A stretch of DNA of 61,527 nucleotides, the filler included, from Asterionella formosa (taxonomy: Eukaryota): NCBI GenBank assembly GCA_002256025.1. It is 20 parts of 20 records of this genome, joined end to end, with 100 filler letters (N's around TTAATTAATTAA, not from the genome) between each part and the next. Parts side by side here need not be neighbours in the genome. Positions count along the whole stretch, not along the records: positions 37,055 to 40,030 come from NKIB01014598.1; positions 40,131 to 43,105 come from NKIB01014600.1; positions 43,206 to 46,179 come from NKIB01014601.1; positions 46,280 to 49,252 come from NKIB01014602.1; positions 49,353 to 52,324 come from NKIB01014604.1; 15 more parts are not named here. One strand, 5' to 3'. The position numbers and the translations under genes were made by a program. Below are positions 37,344-50,433 of this stretch, piece after piece. Numbering within the stretch: position 1 is the stretch's first letter; every line of letters begins with the position of its first letter. Under the pieces are notes generated by a model. That model was not told where the DNA came from. It searched no databases and saw nothing but the letters and a program-made list of their open reading frames with translations.

Positions 37344-39541
37344 GGGGGGTCCAGGACAATGAAGTATACGGTAGGCTGAAAATAGTGGATTTTACCGGTC
37401 CGCAATGAATCTTCCACTTACCTTTGGATTTTGGTCTACGCAAGGTAACTTTGGTGCAGTAGAGAAACTGGTAGGAAACGCTGAAGTTATTGCAACCGCT
37501 CTTGCAATGAAAGAGGCGTGTCAGGAGGAAGTATATCTGACACTGAATGTGCATGAACGAGGAGACTGGGCTGACAAAGGATGTGATTTTCAGTGGTGGA
37601 ACAGTCTGTCTGGTATGGATCGCTTGCCTGTACTGAATACGCCTCGACTCACTGTTAGGTACGATATGGGCTGGCAGCAGCGTTCCAGCGGGAATAAGTA
37701 CAACTCTGTAAGTGGACATGCTTTTTGTATTGGCGGCTACACGAAAAAGATACTAGACAACAGAGTGAAATCTAAGGTTTGTAATGTGTGCAACAGGGCC
37801 AGACGGTACAAGAAACCAATCAATGAAAATGTTTGTCCCAAGAATCATGTAACTGGTAGTTCGAAGGCAATGGAACCAGATGCTGGTGTAGAAATGATGA
37901 TTGATGCAGTCATGAAAAACAATGTTATCTACTCTACAATCATCTGTGATGATGATTCTACTATTTGAGCTGTTTCTAAGTGGTCCTATAAGGAGTTATT
38001 GAAACTACAGCCATCCTTCCAATGGCCAAGAACATGGAAAGGATTTAAAAAATCGGACAAAGGATGCCTTCCACTGACTGTACCTGAACCTACATTTCTG
38101 TCTGACCCATCCCACAGAGTACTACGGGTCCTTCTCCGCCCAGCTTTTCATGAAATCCAATGGCCCGGTCTCCCTTGAGCGTCCCTCAAAAGCAGATTGT
38201 CTCCGGTTGAAAGTTTACTGTGGCGCTTGGATAAAAAACGAGAACCTCTCTCTGGCCGAATTCAGTATTTCCTCCAAGGCACCAATCAATCATTTATTTG
38301 GCTGCCACGATTACTACTGCTCTGAGACACGGTGCCCTGTAAAAGCAGGAAAAATGGTTAGTAACGGAAGATATCATGACAAGGAAAAGGAAACAGATTT
38401 ATGCGAAAGGTTAATGCTGCATGTTGCAGCGAAAGTCGAAGGCGAAAAGCTACTATCATTGCATCGTCCCTTTGACATGCAGATTAATGAGGTAATGAAC
38501 AATTCAGTTTCGCAACGATGTCCAAAAGACAAGGTGTTTGCGGGATCTGGAGGCCTTCAATATCGAGTGGATTTGGTTGCTGGGCAACAAAATACACAAG
38601 GAATGTATACAAACAATTTGTAATGCTGATGTCAGCACTGCAAGAATCCTTCTGGAGACAAAAAGAAAAGCGACAAAGTGACAATAGAGCCTATAAAGCA
38701 CAATTCAAACAAAAGAGGAAACGAAGCCGAAAAATACATGCAGCACGATTCGAAACAGTCAAACAGGAAAGGCAAGATAACAAATCAGGTAAGACTTACG
38801 GTTCTGGTGTTGCGCTCACCAGAAGGGAAAATCAGGAAACAAGAAGGAAAGGAACAAATGTCTGCAATCATTGTGGCCGCAATGATCATCAAAGGAAAAG
38901 CAGCGCACTCTCTCCATTCAATGTACCGGCAGGCAAAGTGCCTGATCACACTGGTATGCGTATGATCAATGATGATCAGCTACCTACTACTGTGGATATT
39001 GTTCCGGCCAACACCCAAGAAAATTTTACATGTGCATCTAGTGTGGCCAGCTTGGGTTTGCAAGACCGCGCAAACCAGCCCAATCAATTGTCGGTAAGTA
39101 ATTGAACTTGACCAATCAAAATATTTATATGTAGTGAAGCGTGCACTTACAATGGAATTTTTTGTACAGGCGATTGTAGGACGAAAAATTGAATCACTAG
39201 GCTCCTATTCCGATGATGACGTTTCAGCGATTAGTGATTCTGATTCCGATGTTTTGTTGACCATTGAAAAGGGCGATATTGTCGAATTTTTGGACGACGA
39301 TAGCTCAACGTTGGCAGGGTTTGAAGAAGAGTAAAGTACATAGGTAATCTTCATATAGCCCAGAAGTTAACTTTCGGCGAGAAACTGCAGAAAGGAACTT
39401 CGGTTTTTTTACTAGGCCAAATAAACGAGTTAGCCCGGTAAAATCCACTATTTTCAGCATAGTTAAAAAACCGAAGTTCCTTTCTGCAGTTTCTCGCCAG
39501 ATCCTATATCCTGACGATATATAGCGTTGACCTATACCCCT
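37344..39541 (+). mobile_element. Kolobok/Mutator-like (PF20700-type) transposase element, 5'-deleted and frameshifted
   Basis: YDMGWQQRSSG.KYNS.SGH, KSKVCNVC, CPKNH.GSSKAMEP, CDDDST, SDPSHR, HLFGCHDYYC, QINEVMN and a C-terminal CxHCG..DH knuckle. Element boundaries are inferred. Confidence 0.78.
39376..39498. repeat. Perfect 34-bp inverted repeat
   Basis: ggcgagaaactgcagaaaggaacttcggtttttt at 39376..39409 and its reverse complement at 39465..39498. Confidence 0.95.
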
Positions 39542-40130
39542 ACTTTGATAAATGACTGTATTTAAGCATGTGGAAAGGGAATTAAAAAAAACCTTAACTT
39601 TCAATTAGGATTCCTATCACAAAACGAGTTAGCCAGAAGCGTGAGTGTTCGCCGTTGAGACAAAAACACTTTCAAATGTTTTGGCCATCATCAATATGAA
39701 GAATCACACAGTACCTGGTACTGGTACTTGTGCGATTGTGTAGTCCTCCTCCCAAATTTCACGTGCATTATTAAGCCACACGATTTGCATGCCAAAATTT
39801 TCTTTTTTGGCTCCTAACGATCTCATAAACTTTGTCTAGGTTCATGTAAATTAATGGTGTATTCTTTTCTTGAATCTTCAGAAGACGTTCTTGGTGTTCC
39901 ACTAGAGTGTGCATCAGGCTGATTTTCCAAGGTCGAAAGGGGGTGCTCCAAAAATAGTAGTCCCTTGCCTGTCGTAACCATGAAAAAATTGGAAGCAACT
40001 CCCTTGTGTAACTCACTGTAGCTTGCCGATNNNNNNNNNNNNNNNNNNNNNNNNNNNNNNNNNNNNNNNNNNNNTTAATTAATTAANNNNNNNNNNNNNN
40101 NNNNNNNNNNNNNNNNNNNNNNNNNNNNNN

Positions 40131-43028
40131 AGCAACCGTGTTTTTTATGCATATGGTCACTGTCGACATTGCATGCAGGAACATCGAGTTCCTGGAATAC
40201 ATAGTGAAACTATGTATTGCGGTAGTGCATCTAATCATTCAAGGAAAGAAGTTAATGTCTGTGTAACTGCAGCATTCAGGGAGAGTAGACAACAAGAAGA
40301 GATTATGTGTCCTATCCTTGAATCAATTGGCCACAATCATCCAATTCATGACGACAGAGACGATTCAGTTTATAACAATATTCAGTCACAACAGGACGAA
40401 CAATTGAGACTAAAAACTCTCCAAGGGTTGTATTCAGAAACCATGCAATATTCAGATTTTCAAGATTGCACCGGCTTTCTCCCTGAAAATGCAATGGAAA
40501 TGCCCCTTCCTCCTCAATTTCAACTTCCAAGTAAACATTCTCTGAACATGCATCCAATTGAATTATAACTCATGTTATTCCTCAACAAGAATTATCTTGC
40601 ACCAGTTTACTTTGATCATCTAATGAAATGGCTGTTCAAGGCAAAAGCAATGAAATATTTTGATGGAAGGTATCAAGCTCCATCCTACCACACTTTGAAA
40701 ATACGCATGGATATTTCATTTCCACCAACATTAGCTGGTGGTCAACTGTTGACCAAACAAATACAGATTAATAACAATTCAAATATGATCATCCCACGCA
40801 CACTCCATTATTTCGAACCAGTACAGCTCATGGCAGGATTGCTACGTGATTCCGATATCATGCAACATTTTTTATGTCACCCACAAGTGAAACTTACAAC
40901 TTGTGGAGAAGGCATGCATATATGACGAAGTAACTTCTGCGACTTGGTTTGAAAATGCATTCAACAAATCTCCTGCATCAGAAAATGGAGTGTTGAAGAC
41001 AGGGTGTTTATTTGATGCCCTAGCAGTTTTCAGTGATGGTACACCTATTGATAAACAAATGAAACATTTTGCTGACAATTTTAAACTTAAGGTTGATGGA
41101 TGGCAATGAGTATCTCTTTTGCCAGACATTGAAATCAGTGATCTGGAGAAACAAATGAATAATAAGTTATCTGGTACCGACTTGTCCTTATGTAGACTCG
41201 AATTATATCATTCTGTTACAGGATTTCTATTGTCGCCTTTCGAAGAGCGATCCAAACAAGTCATACGATATTTGGGTTCATGGTCTTGGTATGACAAAAG
41301 TTTATTTCCAGATTGGAATGATCATTGGTGATACAAAAGAACACAATAAAATTTGTGGCTTCAGGGGTGGTAATGGATGATATCGACGATATGTTTGTCG
41401 TGATTGCTGGGTTTCAACTGAGGATGCTGATAATGTGAACGTCGTAAAGTGTCAGGTGTTAAAAAGTTTTTAAACAAATTTCTTGACAAAATTGCATATC
41501 CCGATGGAAAATTACCATGTATTTCACCTGAGCCGAGTATTGTGTCTCCCAATCTAATGGCAAATATACCTAGCTACGCAACAGCAAACGAGTGGTGCCG
41601 TGTTATATCGCATAATCCTATTATGCCTGCACTAATAAATCATTTTTTTGGTGGTGACTTAGAAGGATTCACTTATTTGGTGCAATTCCATTTGAGGTTC
41701 TTCATCAATTACTACTTGGAATATTTAAGTTTGCACATTTTGGAATCTTTGCTAGGCAACATCATTGTATCCGGAATCATTCCTTCGAAATCAATTTCTT
41801 TTGAAATACCCTCATTTTTACATTGATGGTATTTTCTCTAATCATCTTCTTTTGTTTGTTATCTGTATGTAATGAATCACTTACAAAAACAATTTTTCGT
41901 GCCAAGGCAAACTGCCTTGCTTGTTTCATATGACCTTGTTAAAATGTCATGCTTTAATCGATGTAATTGTCCGTTGACACCACGCTTACTGGGTGGCTCG
42001 TTTCAATTTGTCTTTCAAAAAAGACTTCAAATATCCACCAAAGAAATTAAGAGGAGATCCGAACTTCCTAATCAGATGAGGATAATATTTCATTCCATGA
42101 AATTTTGCCATTCGTAAGCCAATTTGAGATATCATTTCCCGTTGGGGACCAATCATAATCTTAGTAGCTGACATAAATCTATCTCTTCACCCTTTTCTCT
42201 AAAATATCAATACATTTTGATGCATATTGTGGTATGAATAAAGTTGTCATTGATAGATATACATTTCCATAACAGCAATGTGAAATAATCCTTTTCTAGG
42301 TGCATGTTCTCTGAACCCGCCCATCATTCCACCCATTGAAAAAATAGTTAACAGACATAATCCGGGAATTTCTTGCCCTGACATTTTCGACAAAGCTGTC
42401 ATCCCAGATCTGTATGACAATTTTGGAAATCTCACGATCGCTTTGCCTTTCCAAATGACTATTGATATATCTAGCACTTTGTTCGAAGTATAGTTTCGAA
42501 AATACATTTCTGGTGCTGGTACAAGTGTTGGGTCTTGATTTTTGCCAGCCATCTGCCATCTCCTCAGTCATCAAGATGTGGGGACAGATTTTGTTGGTCC
42601 GATAATTGTACAAGCTTGTACAATTATCGGACTATCATCCCTGAAGAATGGACATGTTTTTTTAAGAAAGAATTTCTCCAGATATTCCAGAAAAGATCTC
42701 CGATCATAAACGTAACACTGAAACAACAGACTCTGCTTTTCTTGATCAAGAGCAACCGAAGAAATGGGAAAAGACCAGTGATGACGGATGGAAATAACGA
42801 GCCAAATTACATTACTTGAACTGGTACATTATCCTACCAAGAAATTCGAATACAGAAATCAAATAGAAACAATACATATAATAATTAAATAAATGTAAAC
42901 AAAAGGGTTACTATTTAAATTACAAAGGCATTTATCAAATTTATTAGATGATATAACGAAATATTAAGATCAGATGATTACAATCCCATGATGCATCATG
43001 GAAATATGATAGTTTTTATTTGCAGACG
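40131..43028 (+). mobile_element. Degenerate Plavaka (CMC/EnSpm-related) transposase element with an internal inversion
   Basis: Plus strand: YDEVTSATW, FSDGTPID, IGDTKEHNKICG, CRDC, FGGDLEG-LFGAIPFEVLH. Minus strand, about 42613..41900: RQSDR, FPKLSYRSG, FHGMKYYPHLIRKFGSPLNFFGG. TIR ends at 43028. Confidence 0.8.
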
Positions 43029-45194
43029 ATCCCTCCTTTCCAATGACTGGAAGCATTGGAGAATCATTGAGCGTGCCATGTCAGATACTGTTCTAATAGC
43101 CCGTTNNNNNNNNNNNNNNNNNNNNNNNNNNNNNNNNNNNNNNNNNNNNTTAATTAATTAANNNNNNNNNNNNNNNNNNNNNNNNNNNNNNNNNNNNNNN
43201 NNNNNTCGAATTCAAGGTGGCAAAGATCGCCCTCAACCACCTTCTCTGTAGCGTCTGGCCATAAACCCACGATGAATTTACAATCGTTTTCAAAGAAACC
43301 ATGTGGGACAGTATCCAGACTACGCGTGAAAGGTTGATTCAGGACCCGGAAAATAACATCATTCGGCCGTCACTGATGTCAGATTCCGAATGCGTTTGTA
43401 GGATTCTTTTCATGCCTTGATTGCGATATAATTAATACTACCATCGTTTCCCTACAACATCCACTGTTCTTTATTTAACAAATATGTGCATACAGTTATC
43501 CGTACGTATGTGCTCGTTTGTAAATGGAGTACTTAGAAAACAGTACTATACTAATTTGATGTATTTACCGTAAACCTCTCAATATTTCCACGGATATAAT
43601 AACTCCACAGTGACCCTCCTCATCATAAGTCGCTCCACATTGGGGGTTCTGCCAATCATAATATCTCCACATGTAAGTAGCATTTTTACATGTGTGATAG
43701 CCCTGTAAGAGGTTTACATCGTGACGCAACACTATGCATGCATAAGAAAACATAGGTACCTGGTACCTACCGGTAGTAGAACTGGTTCCAGGTACAAGGT
43801 ACCATGTTTCTGTCTCACGATCAACCCGCTATCATGCATGCATCTGTGTAGTTTTAATACCGATAGTAGGAATAGGTTAGCTTCTACTACAGTGCCCCGA
43901 ACCTGGTACGTTCAGGTACAGCGCACTCTGGGCGGTATATGCCAGTATAAATAGCCGGTACAAATACATTGTAAAAGCAGCAGTACACTGCTACCTGGTA
44001 CAGCCGTATTGTTCTTACATCGTGGTACATATTGAACATAACGGTATACCTAATATCTGTCAGTCTACATCAAGATTTAGGGAACCTCTCTATCAAGATG
44101 TTTGATGCAGTTTTTGGGTCCATGGTAAGAACAGAAACTCTGAGGAACTCCATTCCATTGTATCCTCTTGCTTGCTTCACTTACCACAGCCAAATCAAAG
44201 CAAGTGATGTATAAGTCTGTAATAGTAAATTGTCAGTAAATTCTTGAATAAGTAAGTTTCAGGTTTCCAATGTTGCAGAATAAAACATACCAATTCATTT
44301 TCATTAGCTTAACTTTGAGAGAAGGTAAAGTAATGTGTCCGTCAGTTATGTTCCATCAGAAGTGAATATGTCCAATGACACAATGACAAGAGCACTTACC
44401 AATTTTGTTTTGTTTTACATTGGTGCCCCCCAACAAGCAAAACGAGCTGTTGCTGATTCAACTGAGAAAAAAGGAAATGTGCGTTTACTTTAAAATTTGT
44501 TGTTGTCCTACCTCCCAACGATTTTTATCCAAGTACCACATTGATGGCTTCATTACCTTAAACATACTCCAACCTTCGAAGGCGCAATGTGTCGAAGCCA
44601 CAATGTTTTTCGTTATTGCGTAAACTTTTCCTTTCTTGTCATGTGCTTTACTCCGATATTTCTTTTCATGAAGCAGGCCTTATTTGTTAACATGACAGAA
44701 CAATTTAAAATATATTTGCCATGTATATAATTATAAAATTTGTAAATATATAAATATATGAAGTGTCGTACATTTATAAAAATCAAAGGCACTCTCAATA
44801 TGGAACGTCCTCTGGTAGCTAGTATTGTTGAGATGATCATATTTGCATATTCGAAAATATTCAATGCACTATATGTCCATTGTTTTCCACGACTTCGTGT
44901 ACCGGTACTGTTTTTTTGAAATTTGTTTGCATCAATATTTTCTACGTCTGTTTGAACTATTTATTTACCGGAAGACCATTCAATTGGTGTACTAAGTCAT
45001 AACCCATTTGTAACATTATTTATGCGCGAGGATTTTGGTAGCAAATTGTTTAAGCCCCTTTTTGGGCGGGAGTTCTTCATGTGTAACGGTACATCATAGT
45101 ATGACAATAACATTTTATCACATATATATACAGAGTACCAGTAGCAGGTACTAGGAAGTGATTTACTGGGGGTACCAGGTAGTCAGAGTACCAG

Positions 45195-45873
45195 GTAGTA
45201 AGCAAGCAACAGAACACCATATGTTCATGACTGTTGCTACTGCAGTGAGACAGTAAATCATCATAGTCTTAGGATCGTATGATCATAAAATTGAAAAACG
45301 ATATTCGGAGTAGTGAGCGAGCAACAGAGCACCATGTGTTCATGACAGCTGCTACTGCAGAAAGACATTAAATCATCATAGTTTTAGGATCGTATGATCA
45401 TAAAATTGAAAAAGGATAGTCGGAGTAGTAAGTGAGGAATAGAACACCATATGTGCATCTGTTGCTACTGCATTGGGACAGTAAATCATCATAGTCTTAG
45501 GATTTTACGATCGTAAAATTGAAAGAGAGTAGTCGGAGTAGTAAGCGAGCAACAGAACACCATATGTTCATGACTGCTGCTACTGCAGTGGGACAGTAAA
45601 TCATCATAATTTTAGGATCGTATGATCATAAAATTGAAAAAGAATAGTCGGAGTAGTAAGCAAGCAACAGAACACCATATGTTCATGACTGTTGCTACTG
45701 CAGCGGGACAGTAAATCATCATAGTTTTAGGATTGTATGATTGTAAAATTGAAAGAGAGTAGTCGGACTAGAAAGCAAGCAACAGAACACCATATGTTCA
45801 TGACTGCTGCTAGTACTGCAGTGGGAAAGTAAATCATCATATTTTTAGGATTGTATAATCGTATAATTGAAAA
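45195..45873 (+). repeat. 115-bp tandem repeat, about 6 copies
   Basis: Units start at 45195, 45310, 45425, 45538, 45653 and 45768. Confidence 0.95.
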
Positions 45874-46363
45874 CAAGATATGCTATTACTCAAACTCGGT
45901 TCTGATTTTGTATATGATAATGTAAATAGCACTGTTGGTTTTATGGTATCATATCTAGACAGCGTAAAATATTGTATGTTGTGGCTGATGATTCATTTCA
46001 TTGTAGCTTGCAACACCTGATTTTAAGATCATCGAACTTTGAGGAAGAGAACGATAACAGTTATAGTAGTACAAGCAATGTCTCCAAAAAATTATAAAGA
46101 GGTTCATGGAAACAAGCGACATGTGGCAAATGCTGCCGGTATGGAACAAAGAAGCAAGTACCAAAATGAGTTAACAAAGNNNNNNNNNNNNNNNNNNNNN
46201 NNNNNNNNNNNNNNNNNNNNNNNTTAATTAATTAANNNNNNNNNNNNNNNNNNNNNNNNNNNNNNNNNNNNNNNNNNNNACGACTCCAGAAGCTGGGATA
46301 AATTTCTAGGCTAACTATATTTTTGTATTTCCAGATATTTGTGACTCAGGCAAGTTTTAAAGC

Positions 46364-49144
46364 TCAATCTGCGTTAGACCGAAGTTTGTAGAATCGCTCA
46401 TTGAAATAAGAAAAAATGATTTCAGTGGCGCTATTTCTCTCGTGGTCGAGAACTGCTCCATCACCTTCTTCGACACTTTCCCACGAGCCGTCGTCGTCGT
46501 CATAATCAGCACCACCATCAGCATTGTCTTCATCTTGGTAGTTGTCATCGACACTAGCCAATGTGTTCGAATGGTTTGGTTCTTGGGCAACAAGCAATGT
46601 CTTTTCACTTGTAAATAAGAGCAGATCTTCTCGCCCAGTTGCACGACTGACGTCTCGGCAAAGCAGTTCATCTTCGAAATCAAACTTCTTAAATGGCGGC
46701 TTCCCGCAATCACAAAGGTGAGCTCGGTAGTCTCTTTTCCTGTGCTCGCTTGAGACCCATGATGAAATTTGGCACTCAGGACATTGGATTGTTACCAGAG
46801 GTTGTTTCCACGTCCAAATGTTCGTTTCTGCCTCACTAGCAAGCTTCCATCTCATCAACTGGATACTATTCTCTACCAGGCATTGCTGGCACCAGCATGT
46901 TGCTTCTTTATCTGGCCACCATGACCTGGGCAAAAATTCAACGACATTTCGAGCAATCTCAAGGGGCATACCGATTCTGTGAGAGGCTAGCAAAAGATTC
47001 TTGGCCGCATCTCGATATGACTTATGGAAGGAGCCGTGACGTTCAGGTGTCCAATGCTGATTCCAGGATCGTTGAAGCAGAAGGAGAGTGAAATCGTATC
47101 GGGCGGCAATCTTGTTTTCAGAAGCGCACAGCTCGTTTGAATTCTCGTCAAATAAATAAGGCTCAGAATCATCATAGTTGGAGACGTAGTTGTGGCGGTG
47201 GGAAAAAATGAGAGGATCCAAAGGATGAATGGGAAGTCGCAGCCATACAACTGCATCTCCAAATCCACAGAGCGACGTGTATATGTCAACAAGGTCCCGG
47301 GCGAAAAGAGATCGGATTGCATCTCTGATATCGTTAGGCACCTTGGATTTTAGGAAATTATTGGCCTTGCACATGATATTTGTGACGGGTGTCTCGTTGT
47401 CGGGACTTGAGTCCCCTATGTTGATGACAATGTCACTATATCGACTAAAATCAATGAGTGTTTTCCCTTTCAGTTCTTCGGTCCTCCATCTTGGCATGTA
47501 CTCTTCTTGATCATCCAAAGCATCAACTCGTGGCTCAAGGTACGCCTCTACAAGGCACCTGACAAGGACACCGCCCATTTCCATTGAACGCTGATTGGAG
47601 GGCAGCCTTCGAACAGACATTTCAGCACAAAATACAATCGTCCTCAAGCAGTTAAAGAAAGAATCAATAATAAAGCTAGCAACCGTCTCTTTGTTGTTTT
47701 CTCCCTGAACAGCTTGGGAAGTGCTGTCGTTAATTGTGCTGATAAGGGTTGAAATGTGATCCCTAGATTGTACAGCTCGTCGCCCCAAACCAAACAAAAA
47801 TTCATTCATGAGAGTATAAGGCATAGGATCTGTCCTGAATATCCCATCATCTTCATCCTCGCTATCATCATCTTCGTCTGTATTTTTCCAAAGGTATAGT
47901 GACTGCTTCAAACAATTTTTGGGGTCCCTAGAAAAAAGTTGTGCTTTACTTCCACCCCGAATCAAACTCTCTTCGATGGAACGTGCACCAGAATTCGCTG
48001 TGTCAAATGCCATCTTCACAGCTGCGCAAGTATATAAGGCGTGGTCTTCAGTAAAATGTGCTACTCCTAACGGTACCAGCTTTGCAAGCAGCATCTCAAA
48101 CATCTGCCACTATAATTTGAAAGCATGAGGACCAAAACATGGAAATATTTACGAGGACAAGAGACCGAAAAAACGTTACCGACTCCCACAATAAGAACTT
48201 ACATCCGAGCAGTAGTGATCTGGTTCTTCTACTTCTCCGCGACTAGCATTGAGGAACCTCGAATGGCATTCACCATCGCACTTTCGTGGCTCTACCATAA
48301 TAACAGCGAGGAAGCGTGCGTAAAAAGCAACGTCGCTAAAATAGCACCAATCAATCATTCGCCTGAGCACAGCATACGCCAACCGGTGATCTTTCTGCAG
48401 ATCCGACATTGCGTGACGAAGCAGCTTTAGCAATATTAGCTGTCGCTCCGATTTGCTTTGAGGTAAATTATGAGGACCGTGCAATTCAAATTTCCTCTGC
48501 TGAGCACGAGCAGATCGCTCCAGGGCGTCCAACTCTGGATTCACGTCCAAACGCACATTGCCTGAATATTTACACATGGCGTATACCTGTTCTTCTGTCG
48601 CCCCAATGGCACTGTTGGGTAAATCCGTTTCATCGTAGTCTTCTCCCTCGTACAGGAGAGCTGTATGAATGGCCTGCCACGAAGTTTGGAGCTGGCCAGG
48701 AACATGGGTCTCGGGATCATCGTCTTCGTCCGGTTCGTCCCGCCGATTGCGAACCTGAACCCTCGTCGGGAGGACCGAATGCTTTTCGTAAGTCGGTTGG
48801 AATTCTCTATCCTCGTACAAACAATCGTAACAGTCTAACAGTGGATAGCAAGCAGTATGGTACGGAAACATGGTGGGATCGTCCACTTGGCCTCGCTTGT
48901 TGTAATAATTTCGACGAGGAACCTGGACAAGCTTTCCCTTAAACTTTATCTCAATCATTTGCTCATATTTCTTGACTTCCTCAGCCCACATACAATGCAT
49001 TTCCGCAGCAGTCTGCTTGAGCTCTGCTACTTTGTTGTTCACATGGAGATATTTGATGCGCTCGTACTTTGACAGCAGCTTGTTTGAAGAACAACTTGCT
49101 TTGTCGTCTGGTTGCTGTTCTTCATTCTCCGACGACGCAATCAT
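46364..49144 (-). CDS. Uncharacterised ~895-aa protein with a C-terminal MYND-like zinc finger and acidic tail; two exons
   Basis: ORFs 49144..48176 and 48103..46364 join in frame through an intron at 48202..48110 (GTAAGT...TTATAG). Contains CQQC...CPEC...SSEH...H..C. Confidence 0.8.
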
Positions 49145-49352
49145 GCTTCAAAGATTAGAATTGTGTTCCTGTATCTGTTGGCTAGCAATCCCCACCCTAG
49201 CCATCGTCTTGCTTTTCGATGAGAACTGTGGGTGTCTAAGTAATTTTTGGTTNNNNNNNNNNNNNNNNNNNNNNNNNNNNNNNNNNNNNNNNNNNNTTAA
49301 TTAATTAANNNNNNNNNNNNNNNNNNNNNNNNNNNNNNNNNNNNNNNNNNNN

Positions 49353-50393
49353 GGGGGGGTCCAAGGATAAGTCGAGCATGACTGGCGATACCTTATGGAG
49401 AAAGTGGCAGTAGATTAGAAACAAACTTCACAACAGTATCATTTCTAGTTCAAACATGCATCGACCAGGATTTGCACAAACTTCCGAGTGGACAAGGTTT
49501 GAAGGATGCATATTTCAAATTTGTCTGCAATATTTCCAAGCAAAGTTTCCAAAAGAAGAATCCAATGTGTCAAATCATGATTGATGGAGTTGATTTACCT
49601 GGTCAATCAACCAGCAGACTCGAAATCATGGTTGTTCCAAGCCCACCCAATCATTGGGAATACAGGGATCCAACTTTGTGCTATTTGCTTACTTTAAATA
49701 TTTTTCGGAAGAATATGCAATTGGTTCCAGAAATGAAAGACAGTGATGTTGTAAATATAAGTCGACGAGAGATGCTGCTGGCAGATCGCGAAGAGAAGAG
49801 GAATAAGGAGCATGGAAGGAGCAACAAACGAAAGCATAATCATGGTGAATATTCATCACCAAGCAAACAGAAAACCCCAACCATGATGGATATGTCGATG
49901 CTCAATTTTCAAGCATCACAAACTCGAAAGGGAAAAACTGATGAGATTGTTGCTCATCTTGATCTATATGAAAGATTCAAGCACATACTCCCTGAAGACA
50001 GATATCATGCAGCTGTTTTGAATTGTTTCGATAATCTACCTTTCCTACAAACTTAATGATGTTGAGAGTACAAGTGTTTTGACGGACAAAAGTGTTGTCA
50101 ATGCAACAAGTGTCTTTGGAAATGAGCTGACTCCAACAAATACTACCCCAATTCCCTCTTTTGTTTGTAATGATGAGCAAGATAAAGATCAAGGCCCAGG
50201 ACTTGTTGGAGGCATTTGCACTGACTGCCAAGTCATGAACAGTGAACACCTTTGCATTGATTGCAACAAATTTGTTTGCATCGTTTGCTGTGATGGTTTT
50301 CGAAATCTACAGAACATTTGGTGTTGTGGTGCTTGCTTTTCTATGCACAATTCTGATGTTCAGGAACTAATTAGGCAACATAAATACTCATGA
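49353..50393 (+). mobile_element. Harbinger accessory ORF (Myb/SANT-like start, Cys-rich end), disrupted
   Basis: TLWRKWQ*IRNKL...KLPSG, then CTDC..H.C.DC...C.VCC....CC.AC. Convergent with the transposase, with stops about 40 nt apart. Confidence 0.55.
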
Positions 50394-50433
50394 ATATATT
50401 TTACTAAGAATATATATAGTTACATAATATATA

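Noticed and set aside
45195..45873. 115-, 194-, 75- and 43-bp repeats as CRISPR arrays
   Set aside because: Whole units repeat with no unique spacers, there are no cas genes, and the context is eukaryotic.
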